Below, one piece after another: positions 40,536 to 53,875 of a DNA stretch of 64,000 nucleotides. The DNA is from Octopus sinensis (taxonomy: Eukaryota): the NCBI RefSeq assembly GCF_006345805.1, contig NC_042997.1:105648001-105712000 (forward strand), written 5' to 3'. The notes under the pieces were generated by a model. The model saw nothing but the letters and a program-made list of their open reading frames with translations. It did not search any database and had not been told where the DNA came from. The translations under genes and the position numbers were made by a program. The first letter of the stretch is position 1; every line of letters starts with the position of its first letter.

Positions 40536-41789
40536 AGCATAGAAATAATCCCTTACATAGGCGTACCATCTTTGAGTGGTAGGCCTAATGCACTACCACT
40601 ATTACATCTGGTCCTTGAGTACTATTACAGGAGATCACTCGGTTCAGTTTGTGACCATAGTTTTTTTTCTACAGATGATAAAGTGCAGATGCTGAAGCTG
40701 GGCATCGACCGTAAATATCTATTCAGTCTAAATATTCTTGAAAGCAAAAATAAAATCACGGGTGTTTTGATTAACGAATAATGCAGCCATGAAAGACTGC
40801 GGCCCACGGGTCTTACTGAAAGGCGCGACAACGAAAAATTACCTTTAATTTTTTTTTTAGGAGTGCAGAACGCCTGATGATAAGTGTATCGAATGTAGCC
40901 CGCTTCTTGAAAAAGGCCACCAAAATTTTGTTGTGAAAAAAAATCATGGGTATTTTGAGTAAGGAATTATGCAGTCATGAAAGACTGCGCGGCCCGCGGG
41001 ACTTTTTGAAAGGGGTGATAACGAAAAATTACCTTACACTGTATTAGGCGAGTGGCGCGCCTGAATAAGAGCAGTGTCGTATCTGGCCTGCTTCTGGAAA
41101 AAGATCACCTATACTTTGTAATATAAAATGAACGAAATCAATATATGAAACGTTTAAATTAGTATAACATATCTACTATCGAGAATCGAAAATGAGTTAT
41201 AGATTTCATGTATAATACACCTGACAGGAAACAAAAATAACTGGGCCACCCTAGGCTTTAACGATATGGGTTCAGTTGTTCGATCAACTGAATTAGTTGT
41301 TCACTTAATTAATGAATAAGTCTTCCGTAACCACGAGCATCTGTAACGTAAATTTCCAGTAGAATCAACATGACACTTATATGCATTTATCGTCTACCCT
41401 GTTTCACAAAGGTTTCACAAAGGTTTCACAAAGATTCGTTTGACACTAACCTGAGGCAACGGATGGAGACACCCGCACGAAAAGCCACGCATTGGGATTG
41501 AACACGGGAAATCGTAGTTTCAAAGCAAACTTCTTTAGCGTTTGATCTTTCTGCTTCCATATAGTAAGAGAAATATATACCACTACAACATTTTGAGCAA
41601 TACACACTATCAATAGAGGTATCTTCGTCACCTATTTTAACCTTTTATTAGCTTTCGCTGCTGTTATCAGACATGCGATGTATCAGAGTTCGTATGTTTA
41701 CACATTTTTTAAAAGTCAGTTTATAACAGAAGTATTAAAATTAATAAAATAATTCGAAACAATATCCTACCATAACGTATCATACATAA

Positions 41790-42372
41790 TCATAATGGTT
41801 TCATATTTTGGCACAACGTAAGTAATTTAGAAAGGATAACAGTCGGTTACATCGAATCCATTACTTGATTAATACTATATTTTATCGATCCCAAAAAGAT
41901 AAAAAGCAAAGTTAACTCAGGCGGGAATTGCATGTAAAGAATTTTACTAACGACTCTGCCAGCCAGCTGCCTTATCGCTGCATAATAATAATAATCCTTT
42001 CTGCTATAGGCACAAGGCCTGAAATTTGTGGGTAGAGGACCAGTCGATTAGAACGATATCAGTACACAACTGGTACTTAATTTATCGATCCCGAAAGATT
42101 GAAAGATAAAATCGATCCTGGCGGAATTTGAACTCAGAACTTAGCGGCAGACGAAATACCTATTTCTTTACAACCCACAGAGAGGACAAACAAGGACAGA
42201 CAAACGGATTAAGTCGATTTTATCGACCCCAGTAACTGGTACTTATTTAATCGACCCCGAAAGGATGAAAGGCAAAGTCGACCTCGGCGGAATTTGAACT
42301 CAGAACGTAGCGGCAGACGAAATACTGCTAAGCATTTCGCCTGGCGTGCTAACGATTCTGCCAGCTCACTGC
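41790..42372 (-). mobile_element. Tandem SINE family B copies including a core+B2-tail module
   Basis: Three consecutive copies; the youngest, ~42160-42372, is close to the family motif. Confidence 0.85.
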
Positions 42373-44339
42373 CCAAAATAATAAAACTAACAATGATAAT
42401 AATTATTAGTATTATTATATTAATCACAGGAGAGTCATATGTATGTTATAATGTTATAATGAGAATAAAAAATTACATGAAGGAGGGTGGTTTATAAAAA
42501 GAGGAAACTTTAGGATGTTTGAAGATGTTCTAAAATATATTGATTAAAATGTTTGAAGAAACATGAATAAGATTATAAAAGCTTAATAAGCATTTAGTGT
42601 TAGCCACCTACACATGGGTGCGAACCCACAAGCTAAGTGCGGACGAAGCAACCCCGCAGCTCTTCCCTTCTGCCACTCCTTGTACAAAGCATTGATGGCA
42701 ATGAATGGCACTCGTTAACATTTTTTGTTTGGGTTGGTTTGGAATATACCAACTTGTACATGCTCATTCTCTTTCAAGAAGTCCTAGCCTAATAGTCAGC
42801 ACTATATTAATTAATATTTTAGCTACTGCGTCGTTATAATTTTCTTTTAAACTCTCTTCCGCAATCACTTCACCGTCAAATTCATTTGTCGTTTTCTGAC
42901 ATGATTCTCTTGCTTCAGTTACAATTACATCACTACTGTGAATCCCATTTTGTTTCCTGAGAGCAGGGTTTTTTTTTCTAGTTTTTTGTACTTCTTTTGT
43001 TATGATTTCGCTCTTTTTTTTTAGGTTTTCCCGTTTTGCTACGTTCTTATGGGTCCACTTCGATTACTTACAGCTCCTATGATGAAACAGTGTTCTACTA
43101 CTAGCTGTTACGATAGTGTCCCTGGACGCTTCCTTCCAGGCCTCTTCCACTCTATCCACTTCTAGTAACTGGGGTCGACTGCTCTTATTGCTGTCTCAAC
43201 AGCTCTATTTAATTTCTCCCTTGATTCTTAAGCTTTTTTCATTTCTTCAGTACAAAAGGGCTTCAGGCAGTTCTTAATACAAGTATATCAACCTGTTTTC
43301 TTTTTTCTTTTGCAAAGGGTAGAAATAATTCATGTTATATATGTAGTAAAAACTCGTTCTTCTTACTATCACATGTATTACAGTTTGTTATAGCTGTAGA
43401 ATTAACTATAAGTCTAATAGTAACAACGATTCGTTAGAACCACAAGCTTAGTGCCATTTGTCTCTGGCTCTCCTGCTATTTGTCTCTGTACATTGAATTG
43501 GACATAGATTCCTTATGTTGTGGTTTTCGAGGTCAGTAACTTGTAGTCCCATCTTGACCTCTCTTGATCAAATGCCGCTTATTTTCCCCTCTGCGATGGC
43601 CATACTACAATACAAAGCTGACAAGCCGTAAACCAAAACAATCCCTAATGTCCCTCTCACATTTAATTCTCTGCTCCAGATATTTGGGTGTAAGTGTCTC
43701 GGTAAGTGGCTGTCTCAATATTTCATCCTATTGCGGGGCATGTTCTTTAAAACTCACAGAAGTATTTGCACATTTTTGCTGAACCTCGTAATCTATTTGC
43801 CTCTAATGCAATTTGTCTCTAATTTCATAAGTTTCATTTAGAAAGGTAAATTATTTGACCCTTACATGAGAAAGTAGGGTAAATAAATATATAACAAAAA
43901 CATATTATCGTTTGCTCTAACTTAAGATCACTAACCCTGAAATTAACGAAAAAATCATAATTATATTAATTTTAATCGTATTATTTTAATTAATTTAATG
44001 AACATTAGTTTCAAGAATTAGGGCTTAGTGTCCTTGTGAAACAACGATTCTTTTTCCCAAATACATAATTATGTGATATTGGAGACTCATGAAGCTTTAG
44101 TTAAGTTACTAACAATAAATTCCATGCCTCCTGGTTATGACTGCTATAAATCCTTTAACAATATTGTGGGGAATGTTATGAATATTAACGACATAATATT
44201 TTCGTTTCAATCAAAATACAGAAATCTTATGCACTGCAAGGAATTCATTAGTGAAATTATCCACTAGAATGCGCGGTAGTGTTGAGCGAATAGACTAACC
44301 AAATCATGTTACGCAAGTTATGAGAACATATCCTTCGGC

Positions 44340-44760
44340 AAATTTAACCATATTGAGTCGAGTTTGTTACTGGAAATAGAAGTAAAAGGGAAAGTAGAAT
44401 CAATTCTAGGAATCCGTATGAACTGGATTTGGATTCGTAACAGGGAATTGAACTTAGACATATAAAATTATGTGGATTAATCAGAGAAGTATTATAAAAC
44501 AGTTGTAAATTTGAACATGAGACACAGAAGCTTGTACTCTATAACCATATCGTTATTTTCTGTGTTATAAAGAATTAATTTTGTTCTCAGTTGAACAGCA
44601 GAATATTGGATCTAGATTAATTGAATAAATGCAAGACACTGTTGGATTATTGAATTGACTCGGTGCTTTGTTCAGGAATGAATAGCTCGTTTCGGTAACA
44701 TAGTAAATGGATGGCTCCAAGTTTTGAGTTCAATAGACTACCTTCTAGATCACACAAATA
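44340..44760 (+). mobile_element. Possible highly decayed Copia-type RT remnant
   Basis: LEIEVKGKVESILGIRM and WINQRSIIKQL loosely recall Copia FEMKDLG..ILGMRI / LSQ..YI.KIL; suggestive only. Confidence 0.3.
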
Positions 44761-46108
44761 ATGAACCTGCCACTCATTCACTTAATTATGCCGTAATTAC
44801 TAAAAGCTCCGTTGAAGAGAACGCATGAATCTGTTTTTCTAAATTAACGACTGTCTCAAAGTAGCACCCTTTAAAAGCCTATGAGGAAAAAGATATTAAA
44901 TGGCAAAGACACTATCCGTAAATCTCGGAAACTTCAGGCTTAATTCTTGAACCAATTTACATACCATATTCTTTGCGTTCTTTTATTCTTTATCTCTATT
45001 CCATTTCCCCTAAATCTAGATGAATTGTTGTAAATAATCAGAAGAAATATGCTATCCTGCTACTTTATTTTTTTCTTTTCTAAAAAGAAAAGACAAATTG
45101 ACTATTTCTTTGCATGTATATTTTAACTACTCTCTTTTTATTTAGCTTTTGTTAGTGCTTGTTTCATTGAAGGCATTTCGTTCTAATGGGCTCGCAGTAC
45201 CGTAAAGATGTATCATTATGCCACATCAGGAGTTAACGACCTGTCATAACGCTTCCTCAAATTCCGATACAGTAGAAGCATTTAGAGAGGAAAGGTCAGT
45301 ATTTAGACGTTATCTTGCTACTGTAATCATGGCTGCCATAAGTAATTCAAGAAATACCTTTTACACCAGCTCTCTTTAGGGTCTGGCACCTGTTACTAGT
45401 TGAACAGCTAAGTCAAAATATTTCACTGTTCAGAGGACTCGTAAAAGAAAGGTTTACATACATACATACGTACATACAGTTACAGCGCAAGCGATAGGAA
45501 GAGAAAGAGTAAAATGAGACAAGGGGCAAAGAATGACGAGATGTGTGATTGTATCGCAGTTTATTCTATGGTTAAAGTTGGCAACAAATGAATGAAAAGA
45601 ATGTTGTATGTCAAATGCTAAGCAAACATATTGCTAAATTCTAAGGGGAGAAAGCAGATTCAACTGTGTTTACATTGGTGTACAACCCACATTAAGATAT
45701 ACATAAATATATACAAGTATAATGTGCGTGAGAGTGTGTTAGCATATTTAATAGAGCATATACTCGTCATTTAGATCTAATGCCAAACTTTTCAAAAACG
45801 AATGACAGCTGACTCTAATTTCTAACTGGTATTAAATTGACAGAACCTTAAAGGAATACTGCTGAAAGTAAATACAAAATTTTTCTGTGCGCGAAACATT
45901 GCAAAGCACCTCCTTTCTTCTAGTGAAGCTTATAGATTGTAGTGATGTATGAACCGCATCCGAGAGGATATCCTGTGAATTCTTCCCAAACGTAACTCAG
46001 TCATGCTATGTGGGTTCCTGTCACTGAAACGTTTCATAACGCTATTTTTATTTTGTAAGTGCATGTCAACTCTGACTAGGCTAAAAAAATACTTCAGCGC
46101 AGTCATAC

Positions 46109-46312
46109 AACCCTAACCCTAAAACCCCAACCCTAACCCTATCTCTGAAACCCAAACCCTAATCCTAACACCCTAACCCTAACACCCTAACTCTAAAACC
46201 CTAACCCTAAAACCCTAACCCTAAATCCCTAAAACCCTAACCCTAACTCTAAAACCCTAACCCTAACGCAAAAACCCTAAAACCCTAACCCTAAAACCTT
46301 AAAGCTAAAACC
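46109..46312 (-). repeat. Degenerate interstitial telomere-like (TTAGGG)n array
   Basis: Plus strand CCCTAA units alternating with CCCTAAAA. Confidence 0.9.
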
Positions 46313-46844
46313 AGTACAAATGCACGAACGATATCATAAATAACAGTAATAAACGAAAAATACACCGCCGATAGTTGTTGTTGACAAACAACGGCAGTAA
46401 TTTTATTCAACTGAATACACGTCATTGATTGGTTGAAATTACCGAAATAGGACTACTTTAACATAAAATATCTTCATAAATATAAGATTTCCTCAAAAAT
46501 GCTAAGAGTAAAAGATGTTTTATATGAAACATTCTACCAGTGTCCGAAGTTTGAAAGTGTTTAGTTACAAAAAATAATTTTTTTTAATCTGTAGGTCAAA
46601 ATGTAAAGATCCGAATTAATTATAATTTCCTTAAATTTTAACCACATGGCTTTAAAATTATAAACGTGCTTTGTACGTGGTACATGTAGCTTCTCATAAA
46701 CTAAGTGTATGAATTAGAATATAAAAGTAATGAATTAAAGGGAAAATGAAAAGGATAACGTAATTATTGATATTTTCTTTTATATAGTCATAATCTTTTC
46801 TATTGTAGACATAAGGTTTGGAATTTTTGAAGGTCAACTGATAT

Positions 46845-48090
46845 CTATTCTATCGAACTTGTAAAAAAGAAAGGCAGAGTCAACATTGGCGGAATTTAAA
46901 CTCGGAAAGTAAAGGCGGGCGAAATGCCGCTAAGTATTTTACCACAAGGGTAGCAATTTTGCCATATGGAAAGCAATTTTGCGAGAGGGGATGAGTCTAT
47001 TTCATCTACCCCAATGTTCAACTGATACTTATTTTATTGACTCCGAAAGAATGAAAGGCAAAATCGGCCTCGGCGGAATTTGAACTCAGAACCTAAAGAC
47101 AGATGAAATGCCGCTAAGCATCTCGCCCGGCGTGCTAAAGATTCTGCCAGCTCGCCGCCTTATAATAGTAATAATGGTAGATGAATAAATTATTATGAAA
47201 TCGAATTTTTATTCTAGGAATTTCTTTTTTTATTTATTTTATCATTATTTAAAAAATAAATAAAAATAACAATAAACAAAAGAAGCAAAGAAAATGAGGG
47301 TGTCGAAGGTGAGATTTGAACGTCGACTTCCTTTTTCTGTTGGTTTAAACTGCACTTGAGGCTATTAAAGCGTCTGGGTGTGAAATAGGGTGATAGAAAA
47401 TTGGGTGTCGGAAAGTGAACGGATCGACCTTGTCAAACGGCCCACCTATAAAAGAAGCACTTCCACACTCAGAATACATACATACACACAGACAAATATA
47501 CATATACATACACACAAATCGCAGATTATAGGATACACCTCGTGTTCTGTCTGAGAAAATAGACGGTCTCGCTATGATCCTGTTTTTGTTGTGTTTTTTT
47601 AAAACATCAATATAATTATTTCTGACTTGGGTAAGGAGCCAGCAATTTTGAGAGGTGGATAGCCGACACCATCGATCCCCACACACTTTAGTTCGTACTT
47701 TATTTCATCGATCTCCAAAAGATGAAAGGTAGAGTTGAAAGCTGCAGGGCTTGAACTCTGAATATAAACAATAAATAAATCATGCTATTCACATTTTTTT
47801 CACGCTCTTACGATTCTGCCAATTTTCTCCTTAATGTTTTCTAATTCAAGAACAAGATATAATTTTTTTGGAATAGAATAAGTACAAGACTAAAAAAAAT
47901 CAGTCCTGGGGTCGATTTGTTCGTCTAAAACCCTTCAAGGCGGTGCTCCAGCATGACTACAGTCAAATGACTGTAAACAAGTAAAAGAATGCACTGTAGA
48001 ATTAATTGATTTCATTGACACTGTATCTTATCAACCTCAAATGAAATAAAGACAGGTAAACCTCAGTAGTATTTGAACCCAGAAATAGAA
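46845..48090 (-). mobile_element. SINE family B copies on the minus strand (46845-47162 x2, 47625-47830, ~48000-48090), with a family C tail at 47895-47990 (+)
   Basis: Family motifs. Confidence 0.75.
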
Positions 48091-48269
48091 ATACAGCATA
48101 ATAAAGGCCAGCCCCTGGTTTAGCATAACTGAATCCCATGCTTATACATCCAAGCGTTCTCACTCGTGCAAACTCCTATAAACAGTGCCTTTCTTCATCT
48201 CACACAAGTTGAAAATAGAATTACTACCAAATAAATTTCATGTTGTTTGCAAGAAACAGCTCAGTTTAG

Positions 48270-50840
48270 CAAAGGTGGTATTTAGTTATGAAACGGACAA
48301 AATGTTTTGCAGTATTTAGTTAAGGATCTTTAGATTCTGAGTTCAAATCCTCATAGAAGTCGATTTATTTGATTAGCTCTTTCCTCCAAAATCTACTGAC
48401 CTGGGGCTAAAAAACTGAAAGAATTATTACAGTTGAGAAGGCGACGAAGTGTCAAAATTGTGAGCGCGTCAGATAAGCTGCTCAGTGTCATTTCTTCCGA
48501 TTCTAAATTTTCTGAGTTCAGATACCGCCGAGGTTGACTTAGCCTATCATTCTTTCGGGGTGGATAAAATAAGTACCAGCTGAGCACTGGGGGCGATATA
48601 ATCGACTAATCACTCTCCCCTTAAAAATTCAGGCCTTGTCCCTACACTAGAAAGGATTTCTATTATGGAGCTGGTGGCGAAGTTTCATAATTGTATAAAC
48701 GTCACACAAACATCCTTGCTGCGTTTCTTTCCATTCTTTACGTTCTGGTATCAAATCCTCGGTTGGTCGACAAAACAAAGCACCTGTCTAATGCTGAAGA
48801 TTGATGTAATCGACTAGCCTCTTTCCAATAAAACTGCTGACCACGTTCCCAAATTCAAAATAGTACTGGAAGAATCGTTACCGCGCCGGACAAAATTATT
48901 TATTTCGCCTTCATGTTCTGAGTTCAAAATACGCAGAGATATATTTTGTCTTTTATCCTTTGATAAAACAAGTACTAGTTGTGATCTAGGTCGTTGTAAT
49001 CAACTAACCCAAACCTAACAAAATTTTAGGCGTTGTGCTTACATAGCGAACTAGCTGAATCGTTAGAGTGTCGATAAAATGTCATTCGTTATTTCTTCTG
49101 GCTCTTTACGTTCTGCTTCAAATCCAGGGTCGATAAAAAAAAAAATAATGTACTGACTTTGCAATTGCTGAACTTGAACCAAAATTAAAAACCGTTCTTA
49201 ATACTATGAGAAGAGAAATGGTAAAATCACCGAACTGGCGGATCGGAAACTGGTGGCACATAATACTTTGCAGTCTTTCCTGCAACTCTTAAGTCTAAGT
49301 TCAATTACCACTGAAATCATTTATGATATTTGTCCCTCTGGTTTTGATAAAATGAAGTGTCAGACTTGTACTAGCATTGATGACATCTACTAATATCCCA
49401 CCCCACTCAAAATTTCTGGCCTCTGGCCTGAATCACAAATAATTACAATAGAAGTTGTGGTTCCTACCAGACTCTGCTCGTGCGCTGCATGGTATGTTTG
49501 TTCCTTCTCGAGCTACGCCTAACTCATTAGAGCCGGCTTCCTTGGCGAATAGGTTCCCCACCTGAACGGGACGCCGGTCCGTTGCAGGTGAGCTGCAAGA
49601 TGCAGGAGGAGAGAGTGAGAGAAAGTTGTGACAAAAGAGTCAGCAGAGGTTCGCCATTACTTTCTGCCGGAGCTATGTGGAGCTTAGGTGTTTCGCTCAA
49701 AAACACACACATCACTCGGTCTGAGATTCGAACCCGTGATCCCTCGCCCACGAGTCTGCTGCTCTAACCACTAGGCCATGTGCCTCCATGTTGCACGGTA
49801 TGCTTTAAGGGACTTAATATAGCCCTTTGACATGCTAAGTTTAAATCACACTGGTGACGTTTTCATTTTTGGGTACCGACTAATTAAATTGCAAGTAAAT
49901 GAAGTACGAAAGTTGACTGGATCCAATATTTCTCTTATAGAGTGGTTAAACTCCAAGATACTTTGGAGAGAGGCATGAGGAAGAGAGACAGCCATTTTAA
50001 AAAAATTAAGTTAAGATAGTTTTAATTTCTACAACAGTAAGGCGAAGAAACGAAAATTATATGGATTTAAACATTACATTGTCTTCTAATTAATAAAGAA
50101 GAGGAGTAAAAATTTCCATTAATCTTTTGGAGGAGGCTAAAGCGGCAAGCTGGCAGAATCGTTAGCACACAAGGCAAACTGTTTAATGGCATTTCGTCCG
50201 TCTCTACATTCTAAGTTCGAATTTCGCCGAGGTCGACTTTGCCTTTCATCCTTTCGGGGTCGATAATATAAGTACCAGTTGAGCACAGGGGTCGATGTAA
50301 TGGACTTACATCAACACCCGAAATTACTAACTTTGTGCCAAAATTTGAAACCTGTAATTCTGGGGAGGCTAAAGCCGCGTGTTAGTAGAATTGTTAGGAC
50401 ACTGGGCAAAGTCCTCGGTGGCATTTTCTCCATCGTTCGGGGTTCAAATTCCGCCGAAGTCAACTTGACCTTTCATTCTTTCGTGATAGATAAAATAAGT
50501 ACCAGTTGAGGAATGGAGTCGATTTAATCGAGTTTCCCTTCTTCTGAAGATGTTGGTCTTGTGTCAAATTTTGAAACCAAGAAAGGAGAGGGACACAAAC
50601 TTTTATTAATATATGTGGTGAGGCTGAGGTAGCGTGCCAAGAGAAACGTTAGAGCACCGGGCAAAATGCTTAACGACATTTCGTCCGTCTTTACGTTCTA
50701 AGTCCAAATTCCATCGATGTCTATTTTGCCTTTCATCCTTTCGGAGTCGATTAAAATAAGTACCATTTGTGTACTGGGATCGATGTAATCGGTTTCGTGA
50801 CTCCTCCGAAATTTCTGGTTTCGTGCCAAAATTTGAAACC
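48270..50840 (+). mobile_element. Array of ~9 same-orientation SINE family B copies, interrupted by a family A copy
   Basis: Heads near 48270, 48437, 48670, 48868, 49046, 49225, 50138, 50365, 50615. Confidence 0.8.
49495..49788 (-). mobile_element. SINE family A, full length
   Basis: Reverse-complement match to 2845-3150. Confidence 0.85.
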
Positions 50841-52139
50841 ATATATATATATATATATATATATACGCACACATACATATATATGTATACATACACCTTT
50901 GCAACGACTTTTGAAATCTTTTTTTTTAATATCTAAAATTATTAGTTATTTTACTATTTTCCCTTAGTATTATTATCTTTTTGTTTTGTTTTGGTATGTT
51001 GTTGTTGATTTGATAATAGTACTAATATTACTCATAGTAATTATATTAATCGTAGTAGAAGTATTTCTACAGCTACTTCCAGCAGGATCGCAGAGTTTAT
51101 GCAGGATCGCTCGATAGAGAAGAAGAAAAAATGCTCTTGTAAATATATTCATAATATATTTATGAAACGAGGAAAGCAATGTGGATTCACGAAGCTTAGT
51201 AGCAGTTTCTGCAACAGCAGCAGTATCTTTCTCATCATTACTGCCGTAAGATCATCGCCATCATTGTCATCACAACCATCATTATCCACATCGCCATCAT
51301 CACATCTTTCTTCAGTTATAGTTACCGCTAATCTGTTTAACGATACAAACACCAACTTCGTCAGAACAAAAATATTTCGTAAACATTGCCATTCCTGTCT
51401 TCGCTTTATTAGTCTCAATATATGCCCATAGCAGAAAAGGGGAGGGGTTGGTTGACTTCGAAATTGAATGATTAAATTGGAAATTAATGATTAAATTGAA
51501 AATAATTATCAAATAATTATAATTTACTTTATCATCTTTTGCTATTCATGATTTTTTGTTGTTGTGTGTGTGTGTGCGCGCGCGCGTATTTACATCCTTT
51601 AAAATCTGAAGACTGTGATGAAATCTTTCAGATTAACACTTCTTGTTAATTGCATTTTATGAATGCTTTAACTGTCCGTTATTGAGTCGAGTTAACGGCG
51701 CAGTTTCGAATGTCATTTACTTCATTTATGTCACTATGGTGTGGATACTTGGGTTTGGTATCCAGGCAGTATATCATAATATATTACTGGTTCATAAGGC
51801 GGTGAGCTGTCAGAATCGTCAGCACGCCGGGCAAAATGCTTAGCCAGACATAATCTATATCTATAAAAGGCAGGATGCGTGTGCGTGTAAGTGTGTACGT
51901 GAATGTACTTTATGCACGTCCACAAATTAGCACGCATGTTGCTCCAATTTTAGAAGGACATTGCTCACGATCATGGCTGTGCTTTTGTCAACTTATTTTC
52001 CCTAGATACCCGCAGATAGCGGTAAAAATTGATTTTCAACCATAACTTTTACCAGTTTTGAACGTCGGTGAAATCTGTAAGTTTGCTAACATGAATTAAG
52101 TCCCTTTCTTGCAATGGCGAAGAGAAGGTGTGTGTGTGT

Positions 52140-52266
52140 GTGTGACAGCGTACATTTTTTAATTTACTTTTCCTTGCATTTTTTTTAGTAAGTGATTGAC
52201 TGAGAGAGAGACAGACAGAGAGAGAGTGATAGCGTAACGTCTCTTTCTCTCTCTTTCCTCTCTCTT

Positions 52267-52300
<34 letters not shown>

Positions 52301-52840
52301 TAAACACACACTTCCCCTCTCTCTCTCTCTCTTTCCGACAACACACACCTCTCTCTCTCTCAGTCAATCACACACACTCACTCAAAAAAGATGTAAGGAG
52401 AAATATATTTCTTTAATATACGTTGTGTGTGTACGTGTATGTGTGTGTGTACGTGTATGTGTGTGTGTACGTGTGTGTGTGTGTGTACGTGTGTGTGAGG
52501 GAAAGAGTAACAGCGTACGTTTTTAAAATTTATTTTTCTTCGCATCTTTTTTGAGTGAGTGTGTGAGTGATTGACTGAGAGAGAGAGAGAGAGATGTGTT
52601 GTCAGAAAGAGAGAGAGAGAGAGAGAGAGGTGTGTTGTCGGAAAGAGAAAGAGAGAGAAGTATGTGTTGTCGGAAAGAGAGAGAGGTGTGTGTTGTCGGA
52701 AAGAGAGAGAGAGAGAGAAAGTATGTGAAACATAGAGAGGGAGAGATAGAGGAGTTACGCTATAATTCTCTCTCTCTCAATCAATCACTCACTCAAAAAA
52801 GATGCGAGGAAAAATAAATTTAAAAAATTTACGCTATCAC
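52140..52840. repeat. Two oppositely oriented ~300-bp MITE-like units, each with ~70-bp imperfect terminal inverted repeats
   Basis: Unit cagcgtac..ttt..gcat.tttttt.agt.agtgattgactgagagag at 52145 and 52510; its reverse complement at ~52355 and ~52770. Confidence 0.65.
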
Positions 52841-52881
52841 CCTCTCTTCCTCACAAACATATGCACACACATCAACACACG

Positions 52882-52941
<60 letters not shown>

Positions 52942-53320
52942 ACACACACTCATACGCACGCTCTCTATCTTGCACCCCACCATCAACATATACACACGTC
53001 CCTGTCATTTTCTCCCTCACTTTATGCTGATATCAAATGAAATGTAACATTTCCACATCAAAATACAAATAAACATTTTTTACGGAATTTACCGAATGCT
53101 GTATCTTAACAGCTGATAGATCATTGACAACTCTGTGAATCAAAACAAAGGATAGCCCTCGCTGAAACTTATCTCCTGCCATAAAATCTTCGATGATATA
53201 ATGATCCCAGAAATAAATCACTGCTTTAAACCCTACCATCTAATGAGTGGAACACCTCAAAAGAACAGCTGAAACGGTATAAAGAGTACACGCATCATAA
53301 CAATGATAACACCAAATGTG

Positions 53321-53438
<118 letters not shown>

Positions 53439-53557
53439 AGACTTGCAATAAATCCTATTGTTAAGAAAATTTTACACAATCATTCAATAAAATGGGATAA
53501 AGAGTACACGCTTTATCCGCCTAAACAGTGCAACGGGACCCGCTTGGTAGTCAAGAC

Positions 53558-53675
53558 CCTGTTGGTTTTAGTGAGGTTGATCCTAAAGCCAAATTCTCAA
53601 AGTATTTCATCGCTATTGGCTATTATCGGTGATAATGGCAAACCCATAGTTAAACACTCCTCTTGTCGATATATA
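53558..53675 (-). mobile_element. PLE RT fragment, same family as 58825-60200
   Basis: gttggttttagtg..gttgatcctaaagccaaattctcaaagtatt... matches ~59940-60060 (GLxMGxPLS motif). Confidence 0.8.
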
Positions 53676-53875
53676 GAAAGAAGAACATGTCATCATTGCA
53701 GCGTATGTGGTTATAAACAGGTAACCCCTAGGAGGGGTTAGGACTAGTTCAGGATTAGATGACGGGAGGGTCGAAAGGGCCGGCATATGCAACCTGGTCA
53801 CTTCTGCTGGTCAAACTCCCAACCTATGCGTTCCCATCGTGACACTGGTTCTGCAGAACTGGGTTGGATGTGAAA

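Noticed and set aside
40675-40781. Strong plus-strand acceptor followed by DDKVQMLKLGIDR...
   Set aside because: Peptide not recognised, donor weak, and the 3' part overlaps the 190-bp direct repeat.
42560-43800. Non-repetitive-looking block with faint LINE-like peptides; similarly 53700-53875 (RTE 5'-like)
   Set aside because: Too degenerate to classify without a profile search.
47447-47480. TATAAAAG with a nearby Inr-like TCAG
   Set aside because: Spacing of 24 nt is too short and the region is flanked by SINEs; a chance match is likely.
51071-51431. Possible exon (YFQQDRRVYAGSLDREEEKMLL*, or the 110-aa ORF); LDRE looks cadherin-like
   Set aside because: No other cadherin repeat motifs and an immediate stop; downstream sequence is low complexity.
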